Positions 10,514-18,403 of a DNA stretch of 64,000 nucleotides are shown here, piece by piece (within the stretch, counting starts at the first letter, position 1; each line of letters opens with the position of its first letter). Where the stretch lies: assembly GCA_965203755.1 (NCBI GenBank), contig OZ241910.1:1309287-1373286 (forward strand), in the 5' to 3' direction. The notes under the pieces were generated by a model, which worked only from the letters and a program-made list of their open reading frames with translations, was not told where the DNA came from and ran no database searches. Made by a program: the position numbers and the translations under genes. The DNA comes from Phototrophicaceae bacterium (lineage in GTDB: Bacteria > Chloroflexota > Anaerolineae > Aggregatilineales > Phototrophicaceae).

Positions 10514-10849
10514 CTAGCTTGTCGGGTCAGGCTCGGGATTGAACCCCATCGGCGGCTTGGGCTGATACGGCACTTCTAAATGTTTGATGATGGCTAGCAG
10601 CATCGTGCGGTTTTCCTGAAGCATTGAACGATTCTCTTGAATCAGCACGCGATTCTCTTGAATCAGCACGCGATTCTCTTGAATCAACTTCCGATTCTCT
10701 TGAATCAGCGCACGATTCTCCTGAATGTTCTTTGCCATCGTCGGCAAGACCTGATCCATGCTGGTCATCAGTTTGTCTTGCGTATGGCGCAAGCTAAGAT
10801 ACTCTTGGTCAATGCGGTCGAAACGTATGTCGATAGTCGCCATGTGCAT
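10514..10849 (-). CDS. small coiled-coil protein with six tandem QENRxLI heptads
   Basis: 111 aa with QENRALI QENRKLI QENRVLI QENRVLI QENRSML QENRTML, encoded by 21-bp DNA repeats. TATAAT lies at 10883..10888 on the minus strand upstream. Confidence 0.6.
   Translation of the reverse strand: MHMATIDIRFDRIDQEYLSLRHTQDKLMTSMDQVLPTMAKNIQENRALIQENRKLIQENRVLIQENRVLIQENRSMLQENRTMLLAIIKHLEVPYQPKPPMGFNPEPDPTS
10608..10733. repeat. 6 x 21-bp tandem repeat (consensus cgattctcttgaatcagcacg) inside CDS 10514..10849
   Basis: Units were counted directly at 10608, 10629, 10650, 10671, 10692 and 10713. Units 2 and 3 are identical. Confidence 0.9.
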
Positions 10850-10990
10850 TCTTTCCTTATGATTTCACACTGTGATGTTACCATTATATTGGAGACGGCT
10901 GAAATTTTACAGGGGTTTGTCGTGCAGCATTGAACTGGAATTGACCACAGAGGACACAGAGCAATTCATAGGGCGGTTGAATCGCTCCTG

Positions 10991-11623
10991 TCAATCACCG
11001 GCCGGCGCCTGCTGATAAAGCAGTTTCGTACATACCGTTTCAATAAATCTTCTGGGGTCGTGCCAATAGCAGCCAATACAAGTCCCATTATAAATCTCGT
11101 CGCCAGCATATTGCGCGATGGGAAATCCAAGCCGGCGGGCATCATAACGCCGATCCGTTTCACGGCACCTTTTGCAGTGCGCGCGTTTGGCGTTATTGAC
11201 CGGTTTGGAAAACGCTTGAAAATCTTCTAATTCGACGCGGTTCGGGTCGCTTAGCCTTGGGTCGTCCAACCTGCCATCCTTATGGTCAATCTCAATTCCA
11301 CTGATGTCCAGCACAGCGCATCGCTTCTCTTTGAACTGTTTTCTGATCCGCGCCGGGATCGGCTTTCTGATCTCTACTTTCTTATACCCTTGCAACTCGA
11401 CGGCTGATATCGCATTGCCATCTTTATGTTTTCGTATGTTATATGCACGCGCAAGCGAGCCATCTCGGCGAACCCAATCCCCGCCGTTTCCAAAACGCAA
11501 TTTTTCATATCGCCCCGTAAATTCTTTGACAGGCACGATGCGGCTAAATCCCTCATTGTCCGGTTGAGCCAGTTCCAGGAACAAATCAGCCTTGCTGCCT
11601 TTTTTCGGTGTCCAGCGGCTCAT
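10991..11623 (-). CDS. HNH/beta-beta-alpha-Me type II restriction endonuclease candidate
   Basis: IEIDHKDGR...NNAKRAHCKRC...CIGC gives an HNH core plus CxxC...CxxC zinc ligands. Its ATG overlaps the MTase stop (ATGA at 11620..11623). Confidence 0.65.
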   Translation of the reverse strand: MSRWTPKKGSKADLFLELAQPDNEGFSRIVPVKEFTGRYEKLRFGNGGDWVRRDGSLARAYNIRKHKDGNAISAVELQGYKKVEIRKPIPARIRKQFKEKRCAVLDISGIEIDHKDGRLDDPRLSDPNRVELEDFQAFSKPVNNAKRAHCKRCRETDRRYDARRLGFPIAQYAGDEIYNGTCIGCYWHDPRRFIETVCTKLLYQQAPAGD

Positions 11624-12342
11624 CGCAGCCGCTCCAGCACGTTGTCGATATAGGCTTGGTTAATATCACAGCCAGCGAATCTCCTTTCAAGCGCCTGCGA
11701 TACAGCCGCCGTGGTACCTCCTCCCAAGAAGGGATCAACGATTAAATCACCAGGGTTGCTGTGAATTCGCACCAATTCGGCAAACAGTTTGTCTGGCTTC
11801 TGCGTCGGGTGTATTCGATTTCCGTTATGCCTTGGTATCGGATGGCGATAGACGCCGTTATGATATTTCGCATTGAAAGTTGGTTTGCCGCCCTTAACGC
11901 CAGCGACAGCGATTTCACGGCTGTTCGATAAGTAAGTTCGCTTGGAGTTGAGCGGCACCGGATTGGTTTTCTGCCATACAATCAGCCGCATCATAGAAAA
12001 TCCGGCGGCTTCCAAAGCGGACTTCAGCCGTTCGATCTTCCACAGATCATAAAACACAATGACTGTGCCGCCTTGGCGGAGGACGCGGTGACCTTGGACG
12101 GCTAAGGCCGATAAATCAATTTCGCAGTGATCCCACTTGCCAAAATCCATCGAAACCGCGAATCGCTTCACACTGCGTTTCCCAACGGATTGAAAACCCG
12201 TGGCGCGGCTTATCGCATAAGGCGGATCGGTAAGGATCAAATCAACCGCATCACTGTCAAACCCGCTTAAAAAATCTCGATAATCGGCGCATTCAATTCG
12301 GACTGCCCCTTCGCATATTGGGTCCAATGCCAGCTGTTTCAT
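11620..12342 (-). CDS. site-specific DNA methyltransferase, beta class (cognate M of the R-M operon)
   Basis: LILTDPPYAI (motif IV) then HPTQKP and VDPFLGGGTT (motif I). Translationally coupled to the downstream nuclease gene. Confidence 0.85.
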   Translation of the reverse strand: MKQLALDPICEGAVRIECADYRDFLSGFDSDAVDLILTDPPYAISRATGFQSVGKRSVKRFAVSMDFGKWDHCEIDLSALAVQGHRVLRQGGTVIVFYDLWKIERLKSALEAAGFSMMRLIVWQKTNPVPLNSKRTYLSNSREIAVAGVKGGKPTFNAKYHNGVYRHPIPRHNGNRIHPTQKPDKLFAELVRIHSNPGDLIVDPFLGGGTTAAVSQALERRFAGCDINQAYIDNVLERLR

Positions 12343-12435
12343 CTTTTACCCAATCAAACGCCCAAGCATTCCAGTAAACGCTTGAACAGCGTATACTGAT
12401 ATGGAAAGCCCTCGGGGTTTTCAATATTTTTGCGG

Positions 12436-12480
12436 TTTCCTGTGGCAGACTGGACTGCCAATCTCAACTGCCACAGGAAA
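12436..12480 (-). promoter_or_regulatory. 13-bp perfect inverted repeat (TTTCCTGTGGCAG/CTGCCACAGGAAA) in the leader of the M-R operon
   Basis: Arms at 12436..12448 and 12468..12480 with a 19-nt loop. The loop contains a second CTGCCA (12455..12460) that could pair alternatively with TGGCAG. Confidence 0.5.
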
Positions 12481-12494
12481 CTCCTGCACAAAAG

Positions 12495-12569
12495 CCATGA
12501 AAAAATTCATCGCCGCATAAAGCATACCCTGTTTTTATCTTCTTTGCAAGTCATGTCCGCCCCAATTCG
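12495..12569 (-). promoter_or_regulatory. promoter/leader element copy A (-35 TTGCAA, 17 bp, -10 TATGCT)
   Basis: -35 at 12544..12549 and -10 at 12521..12526 on the minus strand. About 75 nt aligns with copy B at 14033..14110. Confidence 0.55.
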
Positions 12570-12606
12570 TATGCGCCCGCCAACCTTGAAGAGGCAAACC
12601 CTGTCC

Positions 12607-14031
12607 TTATCCAGACATTCTTGCCCCGCGCCGCTTCCCGTATCTTGGCGGCAGCTTCAGCGGCTTGTCTTGCAGCAGATCTTCAATGCTGTAGCCTTGA
12701 ATGACCGGATAGGTTTCGTAGTCATCCGACCATGTTTCCTGGCTTCGCTGATTTTCGACAGTGCCCATTTGCCGGTCAAAGCAAACCATAATCCCGGCGA
12801 CCGCTTCCAGCCGGCGTACCGTTTCGCTAAGCGCTTTAACCGAGTCGGGGGTTACATTTCCGCCTTTGACTTGAATGATGACGTATTCCTCGTGGACTTT
12901 CCCCTTGCGAATAACATCCATTTCCATGACGCCATCAACGCCGCCATCCGCGCCTCGTTCGCCAGGATTCTTGTACATCCCATTAGCGCCGATAGCGCCG
13001 CAAACCCACTTTTCAAATTCAAACGGCTTATCGCTGGCAAGCTGTCGGGCTTCCTCGACCGTGGCCGGCGCGCCCCACATATAGATGTCGTCGGGTTTCA
13101 GATATTGGAAGTTATGGCGAATGCGCTCGCGTATTAAACCAGCGCTGAAGGGCGATATATCGATCCCAATCCATTGCCGGTTCAGCGATTCCGCCGCGTG
13201 AACAGTTGTGCCACAGCCGCAGAATGTGTCAAGCACCAAGTCGCCCGGATTGCTGGATGCTTTGATGACGCGTTCTAAAAGCGCGAGTGGTTTTTGCGTC
13301 GGATAGCCAAGCCGTTCTTTTGAAACATTGATAACCGCTTTAATGTCAGTCCAAACATCGCGCACATACACATCAGCATAATATCTGCCATCCTCATCCT
13401 CATTTGTAGTAAAAAATGGCTTGTCATAGTAAATTCTTTCAGTTAAAGGATTATGCAGCGTATTGTTAGATTTCCCATAACAAAGAATAACATCATGTTT
13501 ACGCGGCCACCTCTTTTTGCTTACTCCTCCTGTTCGATACCCCCACACAATTTCATTCCTGAAGTTTTTATATCCAAACACAGCATCCATAGCCAGCTTG
13601 AGATAATGCCCAGCAGTCGGGTCACAATGCAGATAAATGCTGCCCGTCTCTTTCAGCACGCGGCGCATCGCCCGCAGTCGCAGTATCATATTCATCAGAT
13701 AGGCCGCCAAACTCGATCTGCCCTTTGCCCGGCCTGTTTGTTCGACCTCTTGTGCAAATTTGACAATGGCCGCCAGCGAACGGGTAAGCGGATTTTTTTC
13801 TAATCTTCGCAAATTATCCGCATCTTGGGCCGTCCATTCCCACGTATCATTGAATGCTTCGGCCGGGCGCAGCGACCTGTCCTTGTTTTTGAAGGGCAAG
13901 CTGTAATGGCTGTTGGAATTGAACGGCGGGTCAAGATAAATCAAGTCGATGGACTGGTCAGAGATATACTCGTTCATAATGTCCAGGCAATCCCCGGTGT
14001 ATAACGCGCGCTTCACATCATCTCCAAACAT
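12607..14031 (-). CDS. beta-class DNA methyltransferase fused to C-terminal Mrr-like PD-(D/E)xK nuclease domain
   Basis: YLDPPFNSN (IV), YPTQKPLALLERVI and LDTFCGCGTT (I), followed by GADGGVDG...VIIQVKGG, which is Mrr_cat-like (D...QxK). Confidence 0.8.
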   Translation of the reverse strand: MFGDDVKRALYTGDCLDIMNEYISDQSIDLIYLDPPFNSNSHYSLPFKNKDRSLRPAEAFNDTWEWTAQDADNLRRLEKNPLTRSLAAIVKFAQEVEQTGRAKGRSSLAAYLMNMILRLRAMRRVLKETGSIYLHCDPTAGHYLKLAMDAVFGYKNFRNEIVWGYRTGGVSKKRWPRKHDVILCYGKSNNTLHNPLTERIYYDKPFFTTNEDEDGRYYADVYVRDVWTDIKAVINVSKERLGYPTQKPLALLERVIKASSNPGDLVLDTFCGCGTTVHAAESLNRQWIGIDISPFSAGLIRERIRHNFQYLKPDDIYMWGAPATVEEARQLASDKPFEFEKWVCGAIGANGMYKNPGERGADGGVDGVMEMDVIRKGKVHEEYVIIQVKGGNVTPDSVKALSETVRRLEAVAGIMVCFDRQMGTVENQRSQETWSDDYETYPVIQGYSIEDLLQDKPLKLPPRYGKRRGARMSG

Positions 14032-14032
14032 T

Positions 14033-14110
14033 CCACATGGAAGAATTCATCGTAGCATTAAGCATAGCCTGTTTTGATCTCCGCTGCAAGTCATGTCCGC
14101 CCCCGATTCG
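14033..14110 (-). promoter_or_regulatory. promoter/leader element copy B (-35 TTGCAG, 17 bp, -10 TATGCT)
   Basis: -35 at 14084..14089 and -10 at 14061..14066 on the minus strand. It lies immediately upstream of ATG 14031 and is homologous to copy A. Confidence 0.55.
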
Positions 14111-14233
14111 CGCTTTATTTTGCATGCTGTGATATGCTTATGCTAACCATGGCCGCTGGATTAGGCTGGGCGTTTTGCTTGCATCGCCCAAAAGTTATGC
14201 TACTATTTAATTGACAGTGAGCGAGAAAATAGC

Positions 14234-15865
14234 ATGGCCGAACTCAACTTCAAGAACCGCACGCTCTATCACGGCGACAACCTCGACTTCCTGCGCGGCA
14301 TGAACAGCGAAACCGTGCATCTCATCGCCACCGACCCGCCTTTCAACAAGAACCGCGATTTCCACGCCACGCCCGACAGCCTGGCGAAAGGCGCCAGTTT
14401 CAAAGACCGCTGGTCATGGGAACGCGATGTGCATGAGGAATGGACCGACAGCATCATCGACGACTGGCCCGACGTTTGGGAAGTGATTACGGCGGCGCGG
14501 GCGGCTTATGGCGACGATATGGGCGCGTTTTTGTGCTGGCTGGGCGTGCGCCTGATGGAAATGCACCGCGTCTTGCGGCCAGACGGGAGTATCTATCTGC
14601 ACTGCGACTCGACGGCGAGCCATTACATCAAGGCGATGATGGATGCGATTTTCGGCTGGAAAAACTTTTTCAATGAGATTACTTGGAAACGTTATGCTGT
14701 TCATAGTTTGAGTGAGAACGGTTTTGACAATGTTGTTGACCATGTTTTTTTCTATGCCAAAGACTATAAAAAAGTGAGTTTCAGAAAAATTTACGGAGAA
14801 GTAGATGAAGACACGCTGTCGTCGCGTTTTCCCCACATTGAACCTGAAACCGGCAGGAGATTTCAGCACATTGCGTTGGAACAGTCATCAAACCAATCAA
14901 GTGCAGGTGAAATCCGTTCCATACAAGGTAGAACGGTGATTAGTAAAATAGGGTGGAGATGGACACAAGAGACATTTGACGAAAGATTGTCTCATAATCC
15001 ACTTTTGATTTACTGGACAAAAAATGGCAGACCGCGATATAAGAAATATGCTGATGAATATGCAGGGACGCCATTAGGCAACATCTGGACTGATATAAAA
15101 TACTTGGCGGCTGGAGATGCCGAACGCACCGGCTACCCGACGCAAAAGCCGCTCGCTCTCTATGAACGCATCATCAAGGCATCCTCGAACGAAGGCGACC
15201 TCGTGCTTGACCCCTTCTGCGGCTGCGCCACCACAACGATTGCCGCCGAAAGGCTGGGGCGACAGTGGGTGGGCATGGACATCTGGAACGAAGCGCATCC
15301 CGTCACGCTGAAGCGGCTGGCGGAAGAGGGCATGGTGACCGCCGACAGCGAACACAAGCAGATGTTCCCGCATATCGTCCATTACGAAACCGCGCCGCCC
15401 GTACGCACAGATGACAATGAGATGGCCGCGCCGACCCTTGAGCTAAGAATCCAGCGCCCGGTGGAACCTTGGCAGCGACTGACGCACAAGCAAATGGTGC
15501 GCGTGCTAGCCTTCGCGCAGCAGTCAAACGGCGGCGTCATCTGCGCCGGCTGCGGGCGCGTGCTGGAAGTCGAGTTCATGCAGCTTGACCACATCACGCC
15601 CAAAGCCGACCGCGGCGAAAATCACATCCTCAATCGCATCCTGCTCTGCGGCCCCTGCAATCGCCGCAAGCGCGACAATTTGACCCTGCGCGGTCTGCTG
15701 CGCGAAAACAGGAAGAAGACAGTCGGCTGGATGAAGGACGAAGACATGGCGAAGCTGATACAGGAACATGCCCGCGAAAAAGCGGAATGGGTGCGCGATC
15801 ATTTTGACAGCGCCGAGTGTCAGGCGCTGATTAAAGGCGGCGCAAGCCCCCGCCTTACTGCTTAA
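14234..15865 (+). CDS. beta-class DNA methyltransferase fused to C-terminal HNH nuclease domain
   Basis: ATDPPFNKN (IV), YPTQKPLALYERII and LDPFCGCATT (I), followed by CAGCG...LDHITPKADRGENHILNRILLCGPCNRRK (HNH). Confidence 0.8.
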   Translation: MAELNFKNRTLYHGDNLDFLRGMNSETVHLIATDPPFNKNRDFHATPDSLAKGASFKDRWSWERDVHEEWTDSIIDDWPDVWEVITAARAAYGDDMGAFLCWLGVRLMEMHRVLRPDGSIYLHCDSTASHYIKAMMDAIFGWKNFFNEITWKRYAVHSLSENGFDNVVDHVFFYAKDYKKVSFRKIYGEVDEDTLSSRFPHIEPETGRRFQHIALEQSSNQSSAGEIRSIQGRTVISKIGWRWTQETFDERLSHNPLLIYWTKNGRPRYKKYADEYAGTPLGNIWTDIKYLAAGDAERTGYPTQKPLALYERIIKASSNEGDLVLDPFCGCATTTIAAERLGRQWVGMDIWNEAHPVTLKRLAEEGMVTADSEHKQMFPHIVHYETAPPVRTDDNEMAAPTLELRIQRPVEPWQRLTHKQMVRVLAFAQQSNGGVICAGCGRVLEVEFMQLDHITPKADRGENHILNRILLCGPCNRRKRDNLTLRGLLRENRKKTVGWMKDEDMAKLIQEHAREKAEWVRDHFDSAECQALIKGGASPRLTA

Positions 15866-15962
15866 TTATACCGTTGACTGTTATTGTCCGAAGCTATTCC
15901 AGCAGCCTTTCGCTAAAATCTATCTATCCTTATAAACGAGGGCTGTTGGGGAGGAGATTAAG

Positions 15963-17135
15963 ATGTATTCAGCGCCACTGACAATCGGAATTGAAGAAGA
16001 ATACCAACTGGTCGATCCAACCACTGGCGATTTGGCGACCGTCGTGCAGCAGCTGCTCCATGATGAGCGCATTATGGATATCGGCGAGCAGGTCAAACCG
16101 GAATTTATGCAGTCGCAGATTGAGATTGGCAGCAACATCTGCCGCAATGTGCAAGAGGCGCGCATGGAGTTGGTGCGCCTGCGCCGCGAAGTGAACGAGG
16201 TAGCCGAACGGCACGGCTACTGCATCATCGCCGCCAGCACGCATCCCTTCGCCCGTTGGGAAGATCAGATCGCCAACGAGGGCGAACGTTATGATGACCT
16301 CAAAGATTATACGCAAGAGGTCGGGCGGCAGCTGCTTATCTTCGGGATGCACATTCACGTCGGCTTTGGCACCGATGCCCCGCAGCTGGACCTGATGATT
16401 GACATTCAAAATCAACTGCGCTATTTCCTGCCCCATATCCTGACCTTCACCACCAGTTCGCCCTTCTGGCATGGGCATCCAACCGGGCTGAAGAGCTATC
16501 GCAGCATCATATTCGAAAACCTGCCGCGCACCGGCATCCCGCCTATTTTTTCGTCCTTCAGTGATTATCATGCCCTCGTCGATACCTTTGGGCGCACCGG
16601 CGCGCTTGGCAAGGGGCGCAAAGACGGCAAACCCGACTATACAAAAATCTGGTGGGACTGCCGCCCGCAGGAAGATTTCGGCACCCTTGAAATCCGCGTC
16701 TGCGATATCTGCACGACCATTGATGAAGCCGTCGCCATCGCCGCCTTGGTGCAAGCGCTTTGCGCCAAGCTCATTGAGCTCCGCAATCAAAACCTTAGCT
16801 GGCGGATTTATCGCAACGAACTCATTGCCGAAAACAAATGGCGCGCGGTGCGCTATGGCTTGGATGGCAAGCTGATTGATTATGGCCAGCGAGAAGCGAT
16901 CCCCATGCGCTTCCTGACGCGCGAACTGCTGGAGTTGGTCGATGACTGCGTTGATGACCTTGGCTCGCGCGAGGAAATCAATTACATCCACACCATCCTG
17001 GAAAAAGGCACAAGCTCCGACCGTCAGCTGGATATCTACCGCCGATGCAAAGCCGACGGCGCCGATAATGAAGAAGCGCTAAAAGCCGTGGTGGAACACC
17101 TGCGCCAAGAAACCATGCTGGGCACGACGCATTAG
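15963..17135 (+). CDS. carboxylate-amine ligase, YbdK/GCS2 family
   Basis: TIGIEEEYQLVD near the N-terminus and overall GCS2 family features. 390 aa. Confidence 0.85.
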   Translation: MYSAPLTIGIEEEYQLVDPTTGDLATVVQQLLHDERIMDIGEQVKPEFMQSQIEIGSNICRNVQEARMELVRLRREVNEVAERHGYCIIAASTHPFARWEDQIANEGERYDDLKDYTQEVGRQLLIFGMHIHVGFGTDAPQLDLMIDIQNQLRYFLPHILTFTTSSPFWHGHPTGLKSYRSIIFENLPRTGIPPIFSSFSDYHALVDTFGRTGALGKGRKDGKPDYTKIWWDCRPQEDFGTLEIRVCDICTTIDEAVAIAALVQALCAKLIELRNQNLSWRIYRNELIAENKWRAVRYGLDGKLIDYGQREAIPMRFLTRELLELVDDCVDDLGSREEINYIHTILEKGTSSDRQLDIYRRCKADGADNEEALKAVVEHLRQETMLGTTH

Positions 17136-17169
17136 CGCCGCCGCAGCTTCGCTTTTCATGCGATAAGCC

Positions 17170-18291
17170 CTATTTATAACGGCGGTCATAGCGAACCGGC
17201 AGCCCGTCCAAGCAAGCCGCAATATGAATGGCGGCCGCCTGCAGGGCGGTTGAGACCTCCGCCGGCGCCAGCGCGGTCACGCCGACCGCGCGGTTCTTTT
17301 CGGCGTACCGGTCAAGGCCGGGCAAGAGCGCGTCGGTGAGCTTCCCGTCCTCCACAATCACGCGCTGGAACCGGCCGTTGATGAGATGCAGATTGATCTC
17401 ACTGTGATGGACAGTCGGGCGCCGCCCGCGCTTCTTCACCAACTCGCTGGCATACACCGACTGAACGCCATTGGCATTGACCTTCCAGCATACTTTGTGA
17501 CCGCGGCGGGCGATAATGCTTCGTTCGTATGAGCTTATGAGAATCGTGTCCGGCTGGCGCAGAATATGCCAAATCCGCTGCCCAATCAGCAAAATCAGCA
17601 GGATGGCCGCGCCAATCCCCAGATACGGCAAAATCCGCGGGTCGGGAATCAGGGTGCCGGTATTGGGCAAAGCCAGTTCGCTGATTATTGAAGCGGTCGC
17701 GACCCAGGCATAAAGCGCAGCCAGCAGGACATACCAGGCGATTTGACGCATTTTCGCCCGCATCCAGCTTTTGGAACGCAAGAACCACAGTTCACCCGCC
17801 GCCGCGCCGGGCTGCAAACGCCAGATGCCGACCTCAAGCGGCAAGTCAATCAGGGGAATCGGTTCGGGCGGCGGAGCTTCTTCCGGCGGCTTGGTCACAA
17901 AGGGCTTGTTGCCCAGCGCCCGCGCCAATGCCAGCCCGACATTTTTAGCGTCCCGCTTATAAACCGACCGGTCAGGGTCCCAAAACCGCAGCGCTTCACA
18001 GCGGCGGCTCGACCGCGCCGCCGCCAAATCGGGGGACAAGAGGATGTTTAACTGCCAAGCGTCAGTCTTATATGACCAGCCCAGAGTCACCGCGGTAATA
18101 TCATCGGCGGCGATTTCGCCTTCATCCGGCAAGCCGCGCATGTTGGCAAAAAGACTGTTATAGCAAAAGCCGCCGCCAGCATCGACCGTGACCTTCGCGG
18201 CCTGTTCCCCGCGGTCGCTGATGCGAATCAAGCGCCATCGCAGGCTGCCGTACTCAACAGCAAAATTATTGGATATTTTGATTTTTGTCAT
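17170..18291 (-). CDS. hypothetical membrane protein (two central TM helices)
   Basis: Long ORF with coding-like composition. TM segments are IAWYVLLAALYAWVATASII and LPYLGIGAAILLILLIG. No family was recognised. Confidence 0.5.
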   Translation of the reverse strand: MTKIKISNNFAVEYGSLRWRLIRISDRGEQAAKVTVDAGGGFCYNSLFANMRGLPDEGEIAADDITAVTLGWSYKTDAWQLNILLSPDLAAARSSRRCEALRFWDPDRSVYKRDAKNVGLALARALGNKPFVTKPPEEAPPPEPIPLIDLPLEVGIWRLQPGAAAGELWFLRSKSWMRAKMRQIAWYVLLAALYAWVATASIISELALPNTGTLIPDPRILPYLGIGAAILLILLIGQRIWHILRQPDTILISSYERSIIARRGHKVCWKVNANGVQSVYASELVKKRGRRPTVHHSEINLHLINGRFQRVIVEDGKLTDALLPGLDRYAEKNRAVGVTALAPAEVSTALQAAAIHIAACLDGLPVRYDRRYK

Positions 18292-18403
18292 AACCTGCCA
18301 GCGACTCAAGATGTGTATCGGCAATAACTGTTTATTATGACAGACTTTATCCAAAAAAAGCAGGCGGGATTTCCGCCGTTTTCGCCAAGCCGACAGCCAC
18401 AGT

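Noticed and set aside
12421-12510. A 29-codon minus-strand mini-ORF (MNFFMAFVQEFPVAVEIGSPVCHRKPQKY) in the M-R leader as a real small protein.
   Set aside because: Only the first few codons are shared with the copy-B element (MNSSMWNVWR). There is no RBS, and the remainder simply spans the inverted repeat. It is more likely noncoding leader sequence.
13793-14751. T7/A7 homopolymer tracts inside both fusion MTase genes (13793..13799 and 14745..14751) as phase-variation switches.
   Set aside because: Seven-nucleotide tracts are short for efficient slipped-strand switching, and they lie in AT-rich segments where such runs are expected by chance. They are worth a look in population data, but the sequence alone does not support the idea.
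15969-16991. Long antisense ORFs overlapping well-supported genes: 15969..16991(-), 23108..23974(+), 25008..25778(+), 25739..26626(+), 52414..53277(-), 53362..54252(-), 55299..56042(+), 58949..60745(+), 19583..20293(+), 12430..13137(+), 38915..39835(+), 61290..62315(-).
   Set aside because: These are shadow ORFs typical of high-GC DNA. Their translations are Arg/Ala/Gly/Pro-rich low-complexity sequences without motifs. In each case the opposite strand encodes a protein with clear family signatures.
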